A model generated the notes under the pieces. It had not been told where the DNA came from and did not search any database. It saw only the letters and a list, made by a program, of their open reading frames with translations. A stretch of 64,000 nt of DNA from the NCBI GenBank assembly GCA_051362555.1, contig CM120642.1:3038001-3102000 (forward strand). Reading direction: 5' to 3'. Source of the DNA: Lingula anatina (lineage: Eukaryota; Animalia; Brachiopoda). A program made the position numbers and the translations under genes. The first letter of the stretch is position 1, and every line of letters begins with the position of its first letter. This document shows, in pieces, positions 1 through 14,309 of the stretch.

Positions 1-1065
1 CAAATTTGAATTTAAATTCCAGTAGTTTTAAGAGCAATCACGTAACAAAAGACAGCATAGAAGTTCACAAAGTATGATGAATAGATTTCTTTTTTAACTG
101 AGCAGCATTCTATTTATCTTCATAATTGAAATGATGATTCAGATTAAATAGGTATAATTCTCATTTTCTTCAATCTGAAGAAACTTAGAGAACCATTATG
201 TTTTCATTCAGTTATCACCACTATTTTACAAGAAGTTAACTATAATAAAAAAATATTTACATTCAGTCCTTAGACAACACATGTCACCTTTTAACAGGTT
301 GTCAAAATGTCATTTGTTTACATTAGTAATTGTAATAATTAAGATATATTAAAGTGATAATTTAATATTATAGTTCACACTGCAATGTATAAACACATGC
401 TATGCACATGGCACTGTTTCAATTACTAAGAGGTTCTGAACAAGAAAAAAATGTGTTATTTTCTTTGAATAGAGAGACAAAAGTTGGTAGAAATTATTGA
501 CAGATAGATGGATGCCTTTAATTTTGCTAAACAAGTTTTTAGGATGCATATTCATTCTTTTTCATGCTGAGAAATTTTGTTGAGCATGATTTCAATAATA
601 TATGATTTTGATATAATTATTCTTTTTATTGAAAAAATGTGTACTGTAATAACAATTGGTTGGATGAATTGGCTTTGTCATGCCTTTGGGAAAAAACGTA
701 TATGCAAGAACAAAGACAAAAATTGACAGTTTATATCATACATTTCAAAATATATAATAAGCCAGTGAAACTGCATTTGTAACAGTTGATGTCTGTTTTA
801 AACATAACAGGCAGTTGAAGCATTACACTAACTTAGAATATTACATCCAGTTTATTGTGAACCAAAGCATTTTTGAGAACTGATTTGACTCGTGCACAAT
901 TCCGTAGTTTGTACTTCAAGATACTCCGACCATTTCAAATTCATATGAAGTTGTCAACAGAGATAATATAAAAGATTTCTATTACCATTATGGAATATTT
1001 TCTGGAAAATTTAGAGTTTGGCATTTCAATTGGATTTCTGTTATTGGAAATGTCTAAATGAAATT

Positions 1066-1382
1066 CAGGCCTACCCAACTACCCGACTCGGCACCAAATG
1101 ATTCTGAATTCACCGGTAGATCGGACCACACTACCCATTTTCAAGGTGTGTATCAGTACGCATTTCACAGTATCAGACGCGACACCGCTCTTGCCTAGTA
1201 CGCGATGTGATAGTGACGATTCTCAGCGGGGTTGAAAAGTATTGCATCACCACTCAAAATTTGTTCAGGGTATGATACTGTGAAATGCGATCTGACACAC
1301 ACCTTGAAAAAGGGTAGTGTGGTCCGATCTACCGGTGAATTCGGGATCATTCGGTGCCGAGTCTGGTAGTTGGGTAGGCCTG
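1066..1382. mobile_element. MITE with ~110-bp terminal inverted repeats
   Basis: Starts CAGGCCTACCCAACTAC and ends GTAGTTGGGTAGGCCTG. The arms ~1066-1175 and ~1273-1382 are imperfect reverse complements. AAATT flanks both sides (1061-1065, 1383-1387). Confidence 0.85.
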
Positions 1383-4300
1383 AAATTGGAACAAATTTTA
1401 TTACAGTATTGTTGTGACAACCAACAAAACAAGGTTTGATGCCTTGATGTAAATGTTCTTCACAAAAAATTGATACATTGGAAGGTTTCAAAAGTGCCAA
1501 AATTCATGATTTTTCTTTCATTTCAGCACATTATTTCACTATGCATTTCAATACAAGCTATGCTGATGTGATATCACTAGTTTAAGTACAGGGCCATTCT
1601 ACATAACATGTCAGTGACACACACATTATGTGAACTAATAACATAGTTCTGGCTTGTCCACTTATTTTCTCTATTTTCTTTAAACCATCAATGTAACCTC
1701 CAATGTGGAGAAAAATCAACAGTAATTAAAAAGTGATATAAAATGGTAATAGAAATGATACTCAAACTGTGTACATCAGTGATGGAACACATATCTTCAC
1801 TGTTTTGTGGAATGTACCTATATAGGTAGTGCTTACAGTAGAAGAAATTCAAAAGCACCAACCTATACAAAATGTTACGATTACATTTATCTTTGCCTTG
1901 TGCAGAATCACTGTAAAAAACATCAAATCATGAGTTATTCTTTTAGGCTTTCACTCAATCACTTTATCATATGTAATTATGAAATAAGAATATTAATTCA
2001 ATAAACACCATTTTTTCAAGATGCATTCAAATTTCAATATTATGTAGCACTGATGTAATAATTCAAGTTATTAGATATAGATAATAAAGAATTATGACAG
2101 TGATATGTTGAAAAGATTCACCTAAGAGTCTGTAATTTCAATGAAAATGTAACAGTTATTTTGCCAATAGCTTGAGAATTAGTCAGTGATCGATAGTTAT
2201 AAAAATACCAAGTCTGTCCTTGAAAAGCAACTACAATAACATTCCAAGAAGTAAATAACTGCACACAACAGACAGCAGTACAGACACTCTTACTAAATGT
2301 CGTCACTCCCACTGTAAGAACTCAACCCTGACTGAGTGAAATACAAGTTCCACAGTTTTCCCTACCCACACAGATAAACAAAACACAATATAAACTATTC
2401 AAAGTAATCGAGAAGCAAATGCGAACCAAAGCGTTGCCAGATCACCATTTAAAATAATCCACCTCACAAGTAGGATTCTATCGATGCACATTTTTTACCA
2501 AGGCCTAGAATCTCTAGTGGGAACACAATCAATGTTAACAGCCAATGTTGATATGTTTAGCACACATTCATTTTCCTATGTATCCAGTCGAAAGTGAAGT
2601 AAAATACACACACCATGTGGTCTCAAGTTCCTAAAAGTTTCCCAAAACCAAGTATTTTATACAGAAAAAAAAAGAATATTGTGAACATTAAAAGCAAAAG
2701 CATGACTGAAGAGACTGGAAACAAATACACATGTTCAACAAGACATATCATTGCTCTCCTAGCAATGGCCAGTACAGTTACCAGATCTAACAAGGCGAAT
2801 CTCGATTTCGTTTTTTACGTGTGTGAATGCAAAAAGTGAATTTAGATAAGCGCACTAGAATTGCAATCACCATGCTGTGTGTAAATGGGGCTTGTATCAA
2901 CAAAGTGCTGAGAGCTATAATGTGTCTCTGAATGACATTGGCATTGCATTGCTGTTATCAAAAATAAGCCCACATTAGCAGTAGGTGTGCATCACTTTTG
3001 GAGCAATTAGACATGTGTTATGCTACTATAATAATAGAAAAGTATTACATAAAAGAAGTGTCATGACGCATCTGCGTGGAAAATTATTCTATTTCTGTAC
3101 TAGTTCCAGTGTTATTATTGACACTTTATTGGAGAAAGCGATCCATTTAATATGTCACAGTAACAATCTGGCAATATACTTGGTACTTGAACATTTATTA
3201 TCCAGTATATTGATTTTTCCCATTTTTTTCGTTTTGGAAAGAAGGGATAATTGCAAGTTAGAAACTTCAAGGTTTTTCTATTGGACCTTTCAGAGACAAA
3301 ATTAATGTTTTTATAAATAAAAAAGGCACTGCACAATTTCAAAACAGTCACATTACAAAATACAAGCACTAGACATCAGCTTTCTAATCAAACCCAATGT
3401 GTCAAAAAGCGATGTGGAATCCTGTCAGAATAATTCTGTTATTGTAACAAAATTTATGAAGGTTGGCAACAAACTATTCAGATATTCATAAAGTCATCAT
3501 AACCCCATTCATTAACTAAGAAAGTTTGGGGGATGAATGATTATTATTGAAAAAAAAAACTGTGCAAATGGGTACAAATGTGACACTTATAATCAATACA
3601 ATGCTGAACACCCACAATCAATCCTATAAATTACATGTTTTCATTGACAGTTCTTTATACCAGAAACATTAAATGCCAGTTTCTGATGGCTTAATCAAGC
3701 CACATTTATTGTCAGTTTTCTGATGGCCTGATGGGCTAATGCACAAACATCCTATACTATCTGAAGGAGTAAGTTTATTATTGGAACAATACATTGTGGG
3801 ATAAAAAGTCAATGTGAGTACAATGAACTATTCAAAACTTGGACCTGACAACTTCTTAAGAAAAAAAAATTGTAAATCTTAAAAACACTAAAAATGTGAC
3901 AGTCACTGTGAACATGTACTCGATACTGGTAAGGTTTAACAACTAAGCCCATTTAGCTGATAAGATGTGATACAATTGTTTTCTAATTGACTGAATCGAT
4001 TTTACAATTTTGTTGCAAAACTGAAACCTGAAAACTCACAGTTTACATTTTTTGCATGAATATTATAAATGTTATGAACATAAAAAACTGTTACATTCAG
4101 TTACTTTTTAATCAAAAGATGCATAGAATTTTATAAGTTCATGAGTTAAATGCAAACCCATAATGAACTTAATCTTACTAGAATGCAATAATAAGTGACA
4201 ATCATAACACTAAATCAATACCCAGCAAATAATTCTCATAAATCAAGGCAAGTCAACAAAGATCATGTGCAGCAAATGGCCCATGATATAGCTGAAACAT

Positions 4301-7263
4301 CATCAAACAAATCAATTATTCATAGCTGGTGCTGGCCAAGTCTATGACTGTAACATCTCAATTTTGAAAAAAAAAATCAATTTTGTTTAGTTACATTTCC
4401 CAGGAAATGATTAATTTTATTTTCAATTCAATAAATGTATTATTCTATAATTTGAGTTTATGTTGGGAGTTAGTATTTCTTTTTGCGAGCAAAAATACTA
4501 TAGAGGTTGAATTATTAACTTTGCAAAAGTGAGGTTTGAAATTTTTGAGGAACAAAACAGTAGGAAGCAAAGTTGCAAAAGCAAGTGAAGTCCCCTGTAG
4601 CTATACCACATGTTCAGACACCCCAGAACAGAATGACAAAGATAGAACGCTTAAATCAGAGCATTTGAAATATACCTCTGATTCCAAATTCAACATATAT
4701 TTGCATAATTTATAGTGCATTTATAAATGATTTACAACTGGTCAAGAAAGAAGTCATGGTTAATTATGTTTGTATGTTTGGTTGAAAGTAAACTGCATGT
4801 TAGTTTGCAGTGTACACTACAGACTGAAAGACTCAGGTTACAGAGGTATAAATATATAATATCTTTCTGCTAGTATTACTTGAAGCATATGCATTAAGGG
4901 AGAATGGTACTTTCTGGGGTAGAAAATGAATAAAATTATAATTACTAGTCATTTGCAGTTACTTTCTGAACATTTTGATCATCTGAGAGGTTAACTGCCA
5001 TCCATTCTCCTCATAAAACCCAAACTCACACAATAATTAGCATTGAAGTGAACACAAAAATCTAATTTGTGAAAGGCTTTTTGCCTTTTTTCATCTTACA
5101 ATGTACCATACACAGTCCTTCTGAAATTCAACCCTTTTTGTTTTGAAACTTTATACTTAGTTTTTAGCTTTATGCTGTTAGATATTACAGCACTTATGGC
5201 ATGTATGCTGAGTGCTTCAACAACAAATATCTCCTTAAAACTGCAAGATCAGACAAAACAATCCTTTGGATATATTACTTGCATTTGTTTTAGGAAACTC
5301 CATTTCCTATTTCATCAAGTAAGTAACTTATTCTAGCTCAATCCCATCCTCGTGTGCATGGTTTTGAATGTTTCAAAGACACATTCTCCCAAAACTATCG
5401 TCAATGTCCAGTTGAAAAATAACTAATGATAAAAATTAACTGGCTACAACTATAATTCAATATATTTACATTCTGGTAAACAATTTATGTTCCTTTTCAT
5501 TAACGAAACACTGATTAAACAAAAATGATCAATAATCAAGGACTATAAAGTTGCACAAGTCTTGTCCATCTCTTTCAATTCGCAGACTTCACTGTTACAA
5601 ATAAAATATCAACAAAAGCTTTTGCTTTCCCAAAACTGAATCAATATATTGATAGTCTCTTTATCTGCTTGTCAGGAAACTCATTTCACAAAAGTTTTTA
5701 TATCACATGAAAAAGTGGTTGTCTAGGATAAAAAATATATATTTGAGAATATAATCTATATTTTCAACTGCATTTTTATCAAAAGGTAGAATTCAATGTC
5801 ATTGTTTAAATGATCTTTTTGAAATTCAAACTTTGTGTAATATTAAATTAAATATATTAAAATGAAGAAAAATGTCTCAGGCAGAAAACACAATGTACAT
5901 CAGACAAAAGATAACTATAATATTCAATATCATCAAAATTTCAAATCTGAGTCTCATAAACAATAATTGATGTTTATGACTTTGAGCTATGAATTAGTGA
6001 TTTCAATCTCACGTTCTGATCGTATAAACTGTCAAGAGGACTGCACTATAGACTGCCAGCAAGTTGTGAGGTCTCAGCCAGCTTACACTGGTCTCTCGAT
6101 ATTTACATATAGGCTATTTTTCCAAAAATGTGAGAAACTTGTGGCGTCTACACCAAGACTCAATAGACTTAGGCGTTACTGACAGAGTATGAGATTATAA
6201 ATCAAAGACCAATAAGCCTGCTAGACTGCTGCGCAGTTGAACAAAATAACACAGATCCAATCACAATCAACTGCCCTCATCATGTCCACCATCTGATATA
6301 TTTGCTTATCCATTTACTTATTTATCTATTTGCTTACTTAATCCACTTGTTTTTCTTCAACTATTTACTTAATTTTGCAATATGGAAGATGAAGCCACAT
6401 CACATATCATAAAAATCCGTACTCATCTTAGGGATTCTAAAAGCACACGACAGCAATCCATGATTGACATGAAACGTGTGTCCATGCACCAAAACCCATT
6501 TGCAGTTTTACCAAGAACTAATAGATTCAAGGGCAATGTCTAAGAGCACACAGCCTGCAAAGTGTAATACTACAACTTCTGGCAATGTTCTGAGATGTTA
6601 CTAAACAAGGCAAGCACAATGATCTCATCTTTTTTAACAATTTGGTGGCAGATTACAATAGTATACAAAAGCAATGCCCACATGGCTGACATGTTTCTTG
6701 CATGACACTGAACCCAGTTTCATCTGTAATTTGCCTAGGGATAATGAATTTAAGGTTGCGATGCTGATGACAGGGAGCTATTTGTAATGCTTTTGGCCAT
6801 GTTTCTTAATTAAATATGATCAGGAATTAGTACAGTTATTAATATTGAATGGGTATCTTGAAGAAGCAACAGTGGAAATCAAACATAATGCGAATTATGC
6901 AAAACCAAACAAAAAGCTGAAAAGTTTTGAGGATAACAAGAAGTTCTATATCTTGTGTTAATCAAATTTTGTAAGATGGCTTACAATCATCAGCAGATAC
7001 AACAGCAATGACGTCAGAGTTCGGAAAATTACCCCCCGAGGATGTCGACACTTGGCACCTTTGTATATACACCATGTCTAAATTAGATTTGACTGGTAAC
7101 TTTGACAGCCAACATATCACGCAAAAAAAGAAAAAAAAACTCCCTTAAGGTATCTTTAAAAAGCATTTCTTTCTTCAATACAAGTTTTCTACTCAGCTAT
7201 AGAAAGTATGTTTACAGTTTATTCAGTTTATACTAGTCTATCTATCTATCTATCTATCTATCT

Positions 7264-7436
7264 CTGGGGTAGCGCTAGTAATTTTTTTCGTTTAGCCAAA
7301 TCACCACTTTTTTGTCAATTTGTTATCCAAATGGTTATAATTTGACTAAAACAAACCAAATCAAGCCATTTTTCTTTAGCCAATTTAAGTCAGTTTTAGC
7401 ATTTGGCTAAATTGATGAGTGTTAGCGCTACCCCAG
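7264..7436. mobile_element. MITE inserted in a (TATC)n microsatellite
   Basis: 14-bp TIR CTGGGGTAGCGCTA...TAGCGCTACCCCAG with internal TTTAGCCAAA/TTTGGCTAAA motifs. TATCTATCT on both flanks, though TSD length is ambiguous inside the microsatellite. Confidence 0.8.
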
Positions 7437-8268
7437 TATCTATCTGTCTGTTTTGAGCAATCATTATGATACATAAATGAAACCCTCTTTATCATAAAAA
7501 TGTAAAAGGCAGGGGAATTAAGAAAGGGTCCAGCTATGTGAATGTGCTGTTCAGCGGTACCAACACACCATGACGTCTGGATTATCTTGAGACCAAATGG
7601 TCTTGTGGTCAATAAAAGGTAATTATACCCCTGGTGGTTGGGTGTGCATCTTTTCAACTGTAAATTCTTTATCACCATGGCAAAGCTGAAGTGATTTTAG
7701 AGGACAGAACTGGCTAAATCTTGATATATAATAAATAATATTCCATTGTAATCAACTAAATCTTGATTGTAATAAATTAAACCCTGACTGCAATCAATTG
7801 AAAGTTGATTATTTTAAACCATGCTGTGAACTCTGTATACATAAAGTGACATTATTAATCATTTTGTCAATGTTTATGCTGTCTGAAAAAATTTTTCCTA
7901 TTTTGTTTTTAGAAGATAACCTTTCATGATATCAATGATTAAATGACCAAAAAGATAATTTAATAATCATTAAGACAAAATTTTCTTTAATGAAGCTGAT
8001 AATCACTGCCTGGATATAACAGCATAACACTTTTTTCATGAAAATGACCTTTAGGACACCATGGTCTCATAAAAGGCCTTCGCAAAGCAGAAAGAATTTC
8101 ACATCCATGCTACAGAGATAAAAAACATTAAAAGATGTGCAGTTTTTAGGCGAAGCAAGGAACAAAATTCCATTAGGAAAAGTGCTTCAATCTATACTGC
8201 ATATTCAGCATTATCCTTCCTTTTGAATCCTGCCTTAATGATTTTTTTACAATGTCTAATGGTTACCC

Positions 8269-8272
<4 letters not shown>

Positions 8273-8323
<51 letters not shown>
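8273..8323. repeat. (GA)n microsatellite
   Basis: Seen directly. Confidence 0.95.
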
Positions 8324-8326
<3 letters not shown>

Positions 8327-9010
8327 GGGGAGGTTATCAATCTAAAACAACCCTAAAGCTACCAATTTAGTACCAAAATTTTCAGAATAATTCATTCCAA
8401 GAGGAATAAGTCTTTATTATCGATAGAGATTAAAAACCGTTGGTCAATCAAAGGGTGTTTTTATCTGATAGTGGATTGAAATGAACACCAGAGCTAACAG
8501 CATACTACTACTATCAAAAACATTTACGGGAAAACTGATAATGGAAAATGCCAGGGTTAAATGCCCCTTGGTCAGTAAAATAGAATATCTAAGTAAAATT
8601 TATTTCCATAAAAAGCCATTCACACACTACTCTGTACTACTTTAAAAAGGCCTCATTGAGCCTGCTAAAGCAGACAATTTACTAAATGATAGAAATAGTC
8701 AACTCAGCAGCAGATGTATTAACATTTTGCAAAAGTCAACTTCCCTAAAAAAGGTTATTCTGACAGCAGGCTAATTTTTAGTTACCATGGTGAGGAGGAA
8801 TCTGTGGCAAGAAAAGACTTCATGTCATAATTCATAATGACACTGTATATTTGTCAATGATTTTTTTCTGTTTTCAGACAGAACCTCATCAGAAATTATC
8901 TAATCATTGTTTACTATGGTTATACATTAATATATCAGTTTATATGCTGTCATTAATTTTATTATTATGGGATGTAACAATGTGTCCTCGGCAGTGGCTG
9001 CAGAGAAAAT

Positions 9011-9403
9011 TAGAGAATAATGAGCATACTGTAGTTTTCATTCAAAGGTAATTGCTTACCAAGAGTACTTAGTCAGATGTTAGATGTAGCCAAAGGCTAT
9101 GTTGCATCAGTACTTACCTGGAGAACATGTCATTCTCTATATGCACACTGTGTAGGCCTATATAGTGAATCATTCAGACACTGGACTTCACCCTGATAGG
9201 AGGTGTGCAGGACTTTTTATACCTGAGGTGACTTTCATTTATTTACATATATCAGTATTTCATGATCTAGTTCTTTATTGTGTATTTCATATTTTTCCAT
9301 TTATTATATTACTGAGTTTACTAATAGTTTGTTTGTATGCATTTCAGCCTTCATTGTTTCCAGTTAATAAAGATTGGAAATCAAATAGTGTCCATCTTAT
9401 CTA
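9011..9403 (+). repeat. 5' LTR (TAGAG...ATCTA)
   Basis: Direct repeat of 14310-14702 with no differences spotted by eye. AATAAA at 9366-9371. Confidence 0.95.
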
Positions 9404-9411
9404 TGAAGGCT
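9403..9411 (+). promoter_or_regulatory. Putative self-priming primer-binding site (ATGAAGGCT)
   Basis: No TGG tRNA-type PBS follows the LTR. This 9-mer is the exact reverse complement of AGCCTTCAT at 9346-9354 inside the LTR. Confidence 0.6.
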
Positions 9412-9459
9412 CAGGTATAACCATAGTCTACCGGTAAACAGTCCATCCTACAGGCCAGC

Positions 9460-12400
9460 ATGCCAGTTGTAAAGTGCCCATTCCCAGACTGCACTTATGA
9501 GACAGAAGATGTGGCAGATACCATTGTCAACACACTATTGACAATACATGCACAAAGCCATAATGCCACTTCCTCTCAGTCATCTACAAAGGTCAAAACT
9601 GACAAGATTCGTCGCCCCACAATATCTACAGCTGGTACTAGTGAAGATTGGACTTACTTTCTGACAAGGTGGAAAGAATATACCATAGCAACCAAAATTA
9701 CTGGCCAAGATCGTGTAATACAATTACTGGAATGCTGTGATGAAACTCTTAGGAAAAATATCACCCGCTCAGCTGGTGGAACTCTTACAAACAAAAGTGA
9801 AGAAGAGGTACTATCTGCTATCAAGAGACTGGCAGTACGTGAAGAAAATCCCATGGTTGCCCGAGTCATTCTACATGAGATGCGGCAGGACAGAGAAGAA
9901 CCAATTCGTCAGTTTGGGGCAAGAATCAAAGGTCAAGCTAGCATTTGTAAATTTACACTTAAATGCCCTAACTGTGAAACAGATGTAGATTACACAGATT
10001 GCATATTAAGGGACATTTTAAGTCGTGGCATAGCCGATAATGAAATCCAGCTAGACCTGCTTGGAAATATGAACCAGAACATGGACCTTGAAGATGTGTT
10101 CAGATTTATTGAATCTAAAGAATCTGGGAAACGTTCATCAGCGACATTAAATGCTTCCGAAGGTGCCCATGCCACTAGCTCGTACAGACGCGCTCAAAGG
10201 TATGCAAAGTCTGATAGAGCTGAGATATGCAGTTACTGTGGGGAAAAAGGCCATGGTATTAAAGCACCATTTCGCACACGTCAGAAAATGTGCCCAGCAT
10301 ACAACCATATCTGCAAACACTGTGAACGCAGTCACCACTTCGACCACATGTGTCGCAACAAGAACAAACCCAAGCTTGGTCCCCCATCTTCATCCAATAC
10401 CAAAACACAGTCAGTAACTAATCATGGGGAATCTGCTTTTATGGAGCATAGCAATGAGTCATTTTTTACGCTATGTACAATAGGTGAATTGGACCACGAC
10501 CGAGCTGCAAATGCCATTGCATTAGATCACCACCTATATAATCAGCTGAATGACAAGTGGATCAAAAGTAAATCAAGACCTCAACCATATATATCATTAC
10601 AAGCCACTGTATCCTCTCAAGATTATTCTGATCTTGGCTTCAATGTAGACCTTCCAACTACATCTACGATGCTCAATGTAATGGCTGACACTGGATGTCA
10701 AAGCTGTCTTGCTGGTATTAAAGCAATCCAACCCCTTCAGTTAACTGAAAAGGATCTCATTCCAGTTAAAATGAAAATGCATGCAGCAAATAACAAAGGA
10801 ATTAACATTCTGGGTGCTGTAATATTACGATTCTCGGGTGAAGACAAGCTTGGAAAACACCACACAACGAGACAGATCGTCTACATCACAGACAATTCAG
10901 ACAGAATATTCCTCAGCAGAGAAGCATGCATTGACCTCGGTCTCATTTCCATTGACTTCCCTCAAGTTGGAGATGCTTGTCAAACAGCCGGTGATACAAA
11001 AAGATATGAAACAAATGCCGATTGTGAATGCCCAAAACGCCAACCTCCGCCTTCACGTCCAACATCTATTCCTTATCCAGCAACAGAAGAAAACCGTCAG
11101 CGGCTTCAGCAATGGCTTATTGACTATTACAGATCCAGCTCTTTTAACATGTGTACCCACCAGCCACTCACAATGATGAATGGATCCCCTATGAGACTAA
11201 TGGTGGACTCTGAAGCAGAACCCAAAGCATACCATACCCCTTTACCAGTACCACTACACTGGCAAGACCAAGTCAAGGCTGGCTTAGACCAAGATGTAAA
11301 ACTAGGTGTTATTGAACCCGTTCCACTAGGAGAACCAGTTACATGGTGCCATAGGATGGTCGTTTGTGCAAAGAAGAATGGCAAACTTCGCAGAACTGTT
11401 GATCTTCAAGCATTAAATGCCCATGCTAAACGTGAAACACATCATACTCAATCACCGTTTCATCAAGCAAGATCTGTTCCACAAGGTAAAAAGAAGACAG
11501 TCTTTGATGCATGGAACGGCTATCACAGCGTCCCACTTCATGAAGATGACAGACATCTCACCACATTCATAACACCATGGGGGCGCTATCGGTATTGCGT
11601 TGCTCCTCAAGGATATATCGCTTCTGGTGATGCCTACACCCACCGTTATGATGATATTGTTTCCAACATTCCCAGAAAAACTAAATGTGTAGATGATACT
11701 CTACTATGGGCAAATTCTATTGAAGAAAGCTTTTGGCAAGCTGTTGAATGGTTGGATATATGTGGAAAAAATGGGATAACTTTCAACATTGATAAATTTG
11801 TATTTGCTGCAGACCAGGTGGATTTTGCTGGATTCACAATAACAATGGACAGTGTAAAACCTTGTCCTAAATACCTGCAGGCAATTACAGAATTCCCAAC
11901 ACCTAAAAACATCACAGATGTACGTTCTTGGTTTGGTCTCCTAAATCAGGTTTCTTATGCCTTCAGCATGGCCAATAGGATGTTACCATTTCGTGAGCTA
12001 CTCAAACCTGGCACGCCTTTCAAATGGACTGAAGAATTAGATCAAATTTTTCAGGAATCCAAACAAGTAATCATCAATGAAATAGAAGAGGGTGTCAAGA
12101 TATACGACAAGAACAAAACAACTTGCCTAGCCACAGATTGGTCTAAAAGTGGAATAGGATTTTGGTTATTCCAGAAACATTGCAATTGTATAGTGGCAAA
12201 ACCATTTTGCTGCAAAACGGGATGGAAAATTGTCCTTGTAGGTAGTAGATTCACACATCCTGCTGAATCCAGATATGCACCTGTGGAAGGGGAAGCACTA
12301 GCCGTGGCTTATGCTTTAGACAAAGCAAGATTCTTTGTTCTGGGATGCACTGACCTAGTGATAGCTGTTGACCATAAGCCACTTCTCAAAATCTTTGGAG

Positions 12401-14271
12401 ACAGATCCCTGGATGCCATATCCAACACACGTCTCAGGAACCTCAAGGAACGTACTCTCCGTTACAGGTTCCGTATCATTCATCTTCCAGGTGCTAAGCA
12501 GAAAGCCGCAGATGCAATATCTCGCCACCCAACAGGGGAACAGCACCCACCCAAAATGCAGCTTCAAGATGATATTTCTAGTACTGCTGAATCTTATGAC
12601 TTACCTTATTCCGCTGACATCTTTCACTCTTTCATAGGAGGCATCAAACTAATGGATGGTGTAAATGATTACACTGACATTGAGGAAAATTTGATTGACT
12701 CTGCTATTTATGCCCTTGATTCCACAATTAAGTCAATTACATGGAACCAAGTTAGGCAGGCTACAGCAAGTGATGAAAATATGAATCAGCTACTGTCAAT
12801 CATTGAGTCAGGAATCCCCAAACACCGCCATGAATTGCCACCTCCATTGCGTGAATACCACCAATTCAGGGAACACATCTACAGTGTTGATGGTGTTATT
12901 ATTTACAAGGATCGCATTATTATACCACCATGCCTTAGGGAACAAATACTTTCTGCACTTCACGCTGCTCACCAAGGCATCTCATCCATGATATCCAGAG
13001 CAGAGGCTTCTGTATTCTGGCCAGGTATAACTGCGGACATCACTGCTGTGCGTGCAAATTGTAACCATTGTCACCAGATTGCACCATCACAACCTTCTGC
13101 GCCACCCTACAATCCCATACCACCAAAGTATCCTTTCCAGTGCATCTGTGCAGATTTTTTCATGTTTAAGGGTACTCACTACTTGGTCATTGTTGACAGA
13201 TACTCCAACTGGCCAATTGTAGAATATGCATCTGGAGGATCTAAAGGACTAATAACTAGTCTACGCCGTGCATTCTCTACTTATGGGATCCCAGAGGAAT
13301 TGGCTTCCGATGGAGGCCCTGAATTCACTTCTTCTGAAACACGCAAATTCCTTGAAGATTGGGGTGTACATCACCGTTTATCATCTGTAGCATTTCCCCA
13401 CAGCAATTGTCGCGCTGAAGTTGGTGTCAAAACAGTCAAACGATTGCTTATGAACAATACAGGACCAAATGGTGAGTTGAACACCAATTCAGTGCAGCGT
13501 GCAATATTACAGTACCGTAATACACCTGATCCAGATACAAAACTGTCCCCTGCAATGTGTATATTTGGAAGGCCAATAAGGGATTTTATTCCAATACTAC
13601 CAGGTCGATACGAACCACATCCTACATGGAAGTCAACATTAGCAGCACGTGAGGAAGCACTCCGTAACAGACATATGAGATTCGCAGATCACTGGAGTGA
13701 ACACACTAGACGCCTACCACCACTTGCTATTGGAGACCACGTTCGTATTCAGAATCAGACTGGTCCGCATCCAAATAAATGGGACAAAACTGGCACTATT
13801 ACTGAAGTAAAACAGTTTGACCAGTACCTGGTGAAAGTTGATGGATCTGGACGTGTGACACTACGCAATAGAAAATTCTTAAGGAAATTCATTCCATATG
13901 TGTCATCTCTACCTCGTCACTCTATCATTGATGACCTAAAGCACAGATTTTACATACAACAGCCTACAGTCAACAATGACACACCTACATTCAGCAAATT
14001 ACCAGAACCAGAATCTACCTTATTGAAAAATTCATATGAGTCAGTGGAGTCGGAAAAAATTGTCACCACAACTCTACCCATAGGACCAAATGAAACTGAT
14101 GGAAAGTGTAAAGAAACAGGAACACTACCTTTAACACAACCATCTCATGAAACTCCTAAAGCACTTCCAAAACCACCACGGATGTTAACAAGACTTTTAC
14201 CACACAACAAACCCGGACTAAAGGAATCAAATGAAGGACTACGCAGATCTGTAAGACTAAATAAAAACTAA
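9460..14271 (+). CDS. Gag-Pol polyprotein (1603 aa): Gag with double zinc knuckle, aspartic protease, RT, RNase H, integrase
   Basis: Knuckles CSYCGEKGH...C and [14 protein letters not shown]. Protease [20 protein letters not shown] and CVDD. RNase [15 protein letters not shown] and DHKPL. Integrase HAAHQG...CNHC, CADFF, SDGG and AEVGVK. Confidence 0.97.
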   Translation: MPVVKCPFPDCTYETEDVADTIVNTLLTIHAQSHNATSSQSSTKVKTDKIRRPTISTAGTSEDWTYFLTRWKEYTIATKITGQDRVIQLLECCDETLRKNITRSAGGTLTNKSEEEVLSAIKRLAVREENPMVARVILHEMRQDREEPIRQFGARIKGQASICKFTLKCPNCETDVDYTDCILRDILSRGIADNEIQLDLLGNMNQNMDLEDVFRFIESKESGKRSSATLNASEGAHATSSYRRAQRYAKSDRAEICSYCGEKGHGIKAPFRTRQKMCPAYNHICKHCERSHHFDHMCRNKNKPKLGPPSSSNTKTQSVTNHGESAFMEHSNESFFTLCTIGELDHDRAANAIALDHHLYNQLNDKWIKSKSRPQPYISLQATVSSQDYSDLGFNVDLPTTSTMLNVMADTGCQSCLAGIKAIQPLQLTEKDLIPVKMKMHAANNKGINILGAVILRFSGEDKLGKHHTTRQIVYITDNSDRIFLSREACIDLGLISIDFPQVGDACQTAGDTKRYETNADCECPKRQPPPSRPTSIPYPATEENRQRLQQWLIDYYRSSSFNMCTHQPLTMMNGSPMRLMVDSEAEPKAYHTPLPVPLHWQDQVKAGLDQDVKLGVIEPVPLGEPVTWCHRMVVCAKKNGKLRRTVDLQALNAHAKRETHHTQSPFHQARSVPQGKKKTVFDAWNGYHSVPLHEDDRHLTTFITPWGRYRYCVAPQGYIASGDAYTHRYDDIVSNIPRKTKCVDDTLLWANSIEESFWQAVEWLDICGKNGITFNIDKFVFAADQVDFAGFTITMDSVKPCPKYLQAITEFPTPKNITDVRSWFGLLNQVSYAFSMANRMLPFRELLKPGTPFKWTEELDQIFQESKQVIINEIEEGVKIYDKNKTTCLATDWSKSGIGFWLFQKHCNCIVAKPFCCKTGWKIVLVGSRFTHPAESRYAPVEGEALAVAYALDKARFFVLGCTDLVIAVDHKPLLKIFGDRSLDAISNTRLRNLKERTLRYRFRIIHLPGAKQKAADAISRHPTGEQHPPKMQLQDDISSTAESYDLPYSADIFHSFIGGIKLMDGVNDYTDIEENLIDSAIYALDSTIKSITWNQVRQATASDENMNQLLSIIESGIPKHRHELPPPLREYHQFREHIYSVDGVIIYKDRIIIPPCLREQILSALHAAHQGISSMISRAEASVFWPGITADITAVRANCNHCHQIAPSQPSAPPYNPIPPKYPFQCICADFFMFKGTHYLVIVDRYSNWPIVEYASGGSKGLITSLRRAFSTYGIPEELASDGGPEFTSSETRKFLEDWGVHHRLSSVAFPHSNCRAEVGVKTVKRLLMNNTGPNGELNTNSVQRAILQYRNTPDPDTKLSPAMCIFGRPIRDFIPILPGRYEPHPTWKSTLAAREEALRNRHMRFADHWSEHTRRLPPLAIGDHVRIQNQTGPHPNKWDKTGTITEVKQFDQYLVKVDGSGRVTLRNRKFLRKFIPYVSSLPRHSIIDDLKHRFYIQQPTVNNDTPTFSKLPEPESTLLKNSYESVESEKIVTTTLPIGPNETDGKCKETGTLPLTQPSHETPKALPKPPRMLTRLLPHNKPGLKESNEGLRRSVRLNKN

Positions 14272-14292
14272 CTTTAACCGTCTTTAATGTTT

Positions 14293-14307
14293 AAAAGACT
14301 GGGGGGG
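14293..14307 (+). other. Polypurine tract
   Basis: AAAAGACTGGGGGGG, separated from the 3' LTR by the dinucleotide CA. Confidence 0.85.
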
Positions 14308-14309
14308 CA

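Noticed and set aside
1-9000. Additional gene or long 3' UTR in the left 9 kb
   Set aside because: Only short, low-complexity ORFs and no recognisable exon chain, so it cannot be supported from sequence alone.
9404-9421. PBS complementary to a tRNA 3' end or to the tRNA-Sec anticodon arm
   Set aside because: No TGG start. The match to tRNA-Sec as I recall it is poorer than the perfect 9-nt match inside the LTR. A full tRNA scan was not possible.
9165-9437. 90-aa hydrophobic ORF, and its copy at 14464-14703, as an env or accessory gene
   Set aside because: It lies inside the T-rich LTR, starts at GTG, and its hydrophobicity is explained by base composition.
9654-12991. Short alternative-frame and antisense ORFs within gag-pol
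   Set aside because: Shadow ORFs with no recognisable motifs.
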